Shown: piece after piece, positions 60,612 to 64,000 of the stretch | Position numbering within the stretch: the stretch's first letter is position 1 | Layout: each line of letters starts with the position of its first letter | Source of the DNA: a bacterium | GTDB taxonomy: Bacteria > UBA8248 | Length of the DNA stretch: 64,000 nucleotides | Assembly: GCA_965221165.1 (NCBI GenBank) | Contig: CBDCRP010000003.1 | Coordinates: forward strand, 704,001 to 768,000 | Direction: 5' to 3' | The notes under the pieces: model-generated | What the model was told of the DNA's origin: nothing | The model's database searches: none | Seen by the model: only the letters and a program-made list of their open reading frames with translations | Program-made: the position numbers and the translations under genes

Positions 60612-60972
60612 GGGGTTGTTGAAAAACCCCTTCTCGGTCGGAATTGACCGCCGTCATTCCGGTGTCAGTCCCGACTGAGGAAGGAGGGGCTGCGGAATCC
60701 ATTGCCGAGCGGAATGACAATACTCCGGCTTTTCATCTCCCCCTCATTGGCGGGAATCAATCAGAAAATAAAAAACAAAGGCAAAACACATGGATTCCGG
60801 CATGCGCCGGAATGACGAACAAAACCGCACCGCCTCGTAGGGACAGTCCCTCCTCGGGGCTGTCCCACAGGTCGCGACCTCGGACAGGCAAAGGGGCCTG
60901 TCCGCTACGGACCCCCCTCCCCGGTTGGTTCCATACGCCAAATCACTAAATCAGGACTTTTTCAACAACCCC
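60612..60972. mobile_element. MITE with terminal inverted repeats and target-site duplication
   Basis: GGGGTTGTTGAAAAA ... TTTTTCAACAACCCC, flanked by GATGA on both sides. No transposase inside. Confidence 0.8.
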
Positions 60973-61262
60973 GATGAGGCAGAGTTTGCAACCTGGGAGG
61001 CGATGTCGTTATCGTAGGGGCGGACCTGTGTGTCCGCCCCTACCAGCAACTCTCGTTTGTAGACAGGTTTTCGTTCGTCATTTCATGCCCATGCCTTCCC
61101 CGTCTGTGCGGGCCGCATATATGCGTGACGGACATATATGTCCGACCTACAAAACCACCGCCGCCCAGGGTTTCGTCGTAGGTGGCTCTCCCTTCTTGGG
61201 AGCGCCACATACATGCGACCCGCCGTTTTTACGGGCGAGCACAGGGGCCAAGTCCCTACGGG
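60837..61262. repeat. Cluster of GTAG-type REP-like palindromes
   Basis: GTAGGGGCGGACCTGTGTGTCCGCCCCTAC (61014-61043), GCATATATGCGTGACGGACATATATGTCCGACCTAC (~61115-61150), GTAGGGACAGTCCC...GGGGCTGTCCC. Confidence 0.8.
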
Positions 61263-61361
61263 GCTCCGTCAATTACCCCTCCCCACTCGGGTTTGACCCC
61301 CCGCTGGCGCCCGGCTTTGCTCTCGCGATAGAATCGGCCCGAAGCCGCCGGGAGGGAGATC

Positions 61362-62525
61362 ATGAGAACTTTATGGAAGAATGCAATACCGGGACCACGA
61401 TTCAGGAACTATACGGCGGCCCTGCCCTGGCTCCTCGTTTTCTTGCTCCTGGCGTTCTGCGCCGCGCCGGGATGGGCGGCGCAGCGGCGGACGGCGACAG
61501 GCCCGGTTTCGGTCGAGGCGGTGGCATCGGGCCTCGATACGCCCTGGGGGCTGGCGTTCCTTCCGGGCGGAGCGTTTCTGGTCACCGAGCGCGACGGCGC
61601 GCTGTTCCACTTCGATTTCGCGGGCCGGAAGACCAAAGTCTCGGGCGTCCCGGAAGTCTATGCGTGGGGGCAGGGCGGGCTGATGGACGTCGTCGCCGCG
61701 CGGGATTTTCCATTAACCCGCGAGATTTTCCTCACCTACTCGAAACGATACCGGCGCGGGGGAGGCACTGCGCTCGCCGTCGCCGCCCTTTCATCCGACA
61801 ACCTGAAGTTAGAGAACCTGCGCGTCATTTTCGAAATGGCGTCTCCCTCCAGAGGGGGCCGGCATTTCGGCTCGCGGGTCGTGGAGGCGCCGGACGGAAC
61901 CCTGTTCCTGACGCTCGGCGAGAGGGGAGACCGTGATGCGGCGCAGGACCTTTCTCTCCACCACGGCAAGATCGTTCGCATCCGGCGCGACGGGAGCACC
62001 CCCCCGGACAACCCGCTCGTCGGGCGGGCGGGGGCGCGGCCTGAAATCTGGTCCCGGGGTCACAGGAACCCCCAGGGCGCTGCGCTCGACGCGAGCGGCG
62101 CGCTCTGGGTCGTCGAGCACGGCGCGCGGGGCGGAGACGAGATCAACCGGGTCAGGAAGGGCCGGAACTACGGATGGCCGGTCATCTCCTACGGCCGCCA
62201 CTATTCGGGCGCAAAAATCGGCGTAGGCGTCGCAAAAGAGGGCATGGAACAGCCGGATTTCTACTGGGACCCCTCGGTTGCGCCCTCGGGAATGGCCATC
62301 TATTCGGGGCGGCTTTGGCCGGAGTGGCGCGGGCAGTTTTTTGTCGGTTCCCTGAAATTCGACCATATCTCCCGGCTCGACCCCGCCGGCGGTTTTAGGG
62401 AAGTGGAGCGCCTGGCCTTCCCCGAGACCGGCCGCGTCCGCGACGTTCGCGAAGCGCCCGACGGCGCGCTCTGGTTCCTGTCCGAGGAGAGAGGAGCGGT
62501 TTACAGGATCAGGCCTTCTCAATAG
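61362..62525 (+). CDS. PQQ-dependent sugar dehydrogenase (YliI/Asd family)
   Basis: PWGLAFLPGG, GQGGLMDV, HFGSR, GHRNPQG, EHGARGGDEIN, NYGWP. Confidence 0.93.
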   Translation: MRTLWKNAIPGPRFRNYTAALPWLLVFLLLAFCAAPGWAAQRRTATGPVSVEAVASGLDTPWGLAFLPGGAFLVTERDGALFHFDFAGRKTKVSGVPEVYAWGQGGLMDVVAARDFPLTREIFLTYSKRYRRGGGTALAVAALSSDNLKLENLRVIFEMASPSRGGRHFGSRVVEAPDGTLFLTLGERGDRDAAQDLSLHHGKIVRIRRDGSTPPDNPLVGRAGARPEIWSRGHRNPQGAALDASGALWVVEHGARGGDEINRVRKGRNYGWPVISYGRHYSGAKIGVGVAKEGMEQPDFYWDPSVAPSGMAIYSGRLWPEWRGQFFVGSLKFDHISRLDPAGGFREVERLAFPETGRVRDVREAPDGALWFLSEERGAVYRIRPSQ

Positions 62526-62559
62526 CGGTCGCCCTCGCCCCGAGGTACGCACAAGAAAG

Positions 62560-62591
62560 AAACCCCGCCCGGGCGAACCCGGACGGGGTTT
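62560..62591. terminator. Bidirectional terminator between convergent genes
   Basis: AAACCCCGCCCGGG-CGAA-CCCGGACGGGGTTT. Confidence 0.75.
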
Positions 62592-62623
62592 GATGCTTTC
62601 AGGCGGGGTGCCGGGCTGTAAGG

Positions 62624-63793
62624 CTAGCTGCCCTGCTTCGCCATGATCGCGCGGGTAATGTCGCCCTCCGGCGTCGACCCCTCCGGCGAGCCGTTCATGC
62701 CGGGGAACTTGAGGTGGTTCTTCACCGGGTCGATGCCCGCCAGTCTCGCGAGCGTGCCGCCCAGGAAATCCGCCTTGTCTTGTTTTGTGATGGAGGGATA
62801 TCCCCACTTCTCCTGTAATTCCTCGTCGATGTGGAGCTTCAGGATCGCCTCGACCGACTGATAGGGGTCCGAAGCCGGCCAGTCGCTGCCCCAGACGAAA
62901 CGGCCGGGGCCTGCGATCTGCAGCGTCGTGCCGACCATGTGCGCGAACCGGTGCGGCGCGCGCATGAGCCAGGGCAGAAGAATCGAATAGCTCACGTAAA
63001 TGTTCGGGTGTTTCCAGAGCAGCATGACCAAGTCTTCCCAGTAGGGATAGCCACCGTGGTAGGCCACGATCTTGAGGTCGGGGAAGTCCGACGCCACCTC
63101 GTCCAGCAGAACCGGCAGGGTGTAGCGCGTGGGACCCAGCCGGATGGTGATGCCGGTGTGGAAGAAAGCGACGATGCCCTTGTCCTGGCACATCTCATAG
63201 GCGGGCCAGAGCCTGCGGTCGTTGATGGGGCAATCCTCCGGCTGATAGAACTTCGTGAACTTGAAGTTGTAGTTGTCGTGGAGGTATTCCATCTCCCAGA
63301 GGAAATCCTTGGTCTTGCGCTTGGAGAACGGCCCCACGTTCGAGACGCCGATGACGCGGTCGGGGTATTTCTCGATCGCGTCGATGACGTGCTGGTTCGT
63401 GGAGAACGGCGCGCTGTCTCCCGCCGTGTCGATGAAGGACTCACGCATGAGGGCTATCTGATCCACGCCCGAGCGATCCATGTCGCCGATGATCTTGTCG
63501 ATGTTCCAGTCCATACCCGGGTGGATGGCCGACTGCCTGTTGTTCCTGTGGTCGATCCACTGCCACTGGTTGCACATCTTGTGCGCGTACTCGAAGGTTT
63601 TGGTGCCCTCGAAATACTTGATGAAACGCCGGTAATCCTCAGGCATCACGTGCACTTCGCAATCGATGGTGTAATAGTCGTTCGCGTCCTCGCCCGTCTC
63701 GGGATTCGACGGCAAGGGCATCTTGGTGTCCCAGGTGGGGGGGACGAATTCGGCCTGTGCCGTTCCGTCCTGCGCTGTTGCGTCTGTAGTCAT
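62624..63793 (-). CDS. Amidohydrolase family protein (Amidohydro_2)
   Basis: IDCEVH, HTG, DFPDLKIVAYH, WGSDWP. Confidence 0.88.
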   Translation of the reverse strand: MTTDATAQDGTAQAEFVPPTWDTKMPLPSNPETGEDANDYYTIDCEVHVMPEDYRRFIKYFEGTKTFEYAHKMCNQWQWIDHRNNRQSAIHPGMDWNIDKIIGDMDRSGVDQIALMRESFIDTAGDSAPFSTNQHVIDAIEKYPDRVIGVSNVGPFSKRKTKDFLWEMEYLHDNYNFKFTKFYQPEDCPINDRRLWPAYEMCQDKGIVAFFHTGITIRLGPTRYTLPVLLDEVASDFPDLKIVAYHGGYPYWEDLVMLLWKHPNIYVSYSILLPWLMRAPHRFAHMVGTTLQIAGPGRFVWGSDWPASDPYQSVEAILKLHIDEELQEKWGYPSITKQDKADFLGGTLARLAGIDPVKNHLKFPGMNGSPEGSTPEGDITRAIMAKQGS

Positions 63794-64000
63794 TTTCTAT
63801 TACCTCCAGAAGGGTCAAATGTAGGTGAAGGCGATATCACGCGTTCCGCTCTATGATGACGAACACCATTTGCTCAGAAACAGAAGAAGCCCTATGTTAG
63901 AATGCTGAATAAATCGTGTAAAGCGGTGTCTCCACCGAAAACGACGAGAGAATGCGATGTCCGAAGCGCATAAGAAAACCTATACGCTCTGCTCCCCCCA

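Overview
A GC-rich bacterial chromosomal segment (taxonomy not determined) with about 55 protein genes and one tRNA-Asn(GTT). Housekeeping genes include priA (running off the left edge), queC, sdhCAB, tyrS, an aspartate aminotransferase, coaD and moaB. Many of the other genes are catabolic or redox enzymes (SDRs, acyl-CoA dehydrogenase, amidohydrolases, tandem M24 peptidases, LLM monooxygenase, IlvD-family dehydratase). Five things stand out. (1) Two genes that the ORF track splits or truncates look like selenoproteins, each with an in-frame TGA at the thioredoxin-fold active site and a downstream hairpin: a DsbA/FrnE-like protein (UPWA) and an exported TlpA-like redoxin (UINC) that heads an MsrPQ-like operon. 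(2) A gene near the tRNA fuses an acidic, repeat-containing region to a domain resembling archaeal/eukaryotic ribosomal protein eL13. (3) A pair of inverted ~110-125 bp elements, built from 10-bp-pitch GTGAAAA arrays, brackets a ~14 kb GC valley that contains core genes and a weak dif-like site, possibly a replication-terminus structure. (4) Inside that valley is a MoxR AAA+ ATPase with a large uncharacterised partner. (5) Four clusters of GTAG-type REP-like palindromes and a MITE are present. All calls are by eye and motif recognition; no database searches were run.
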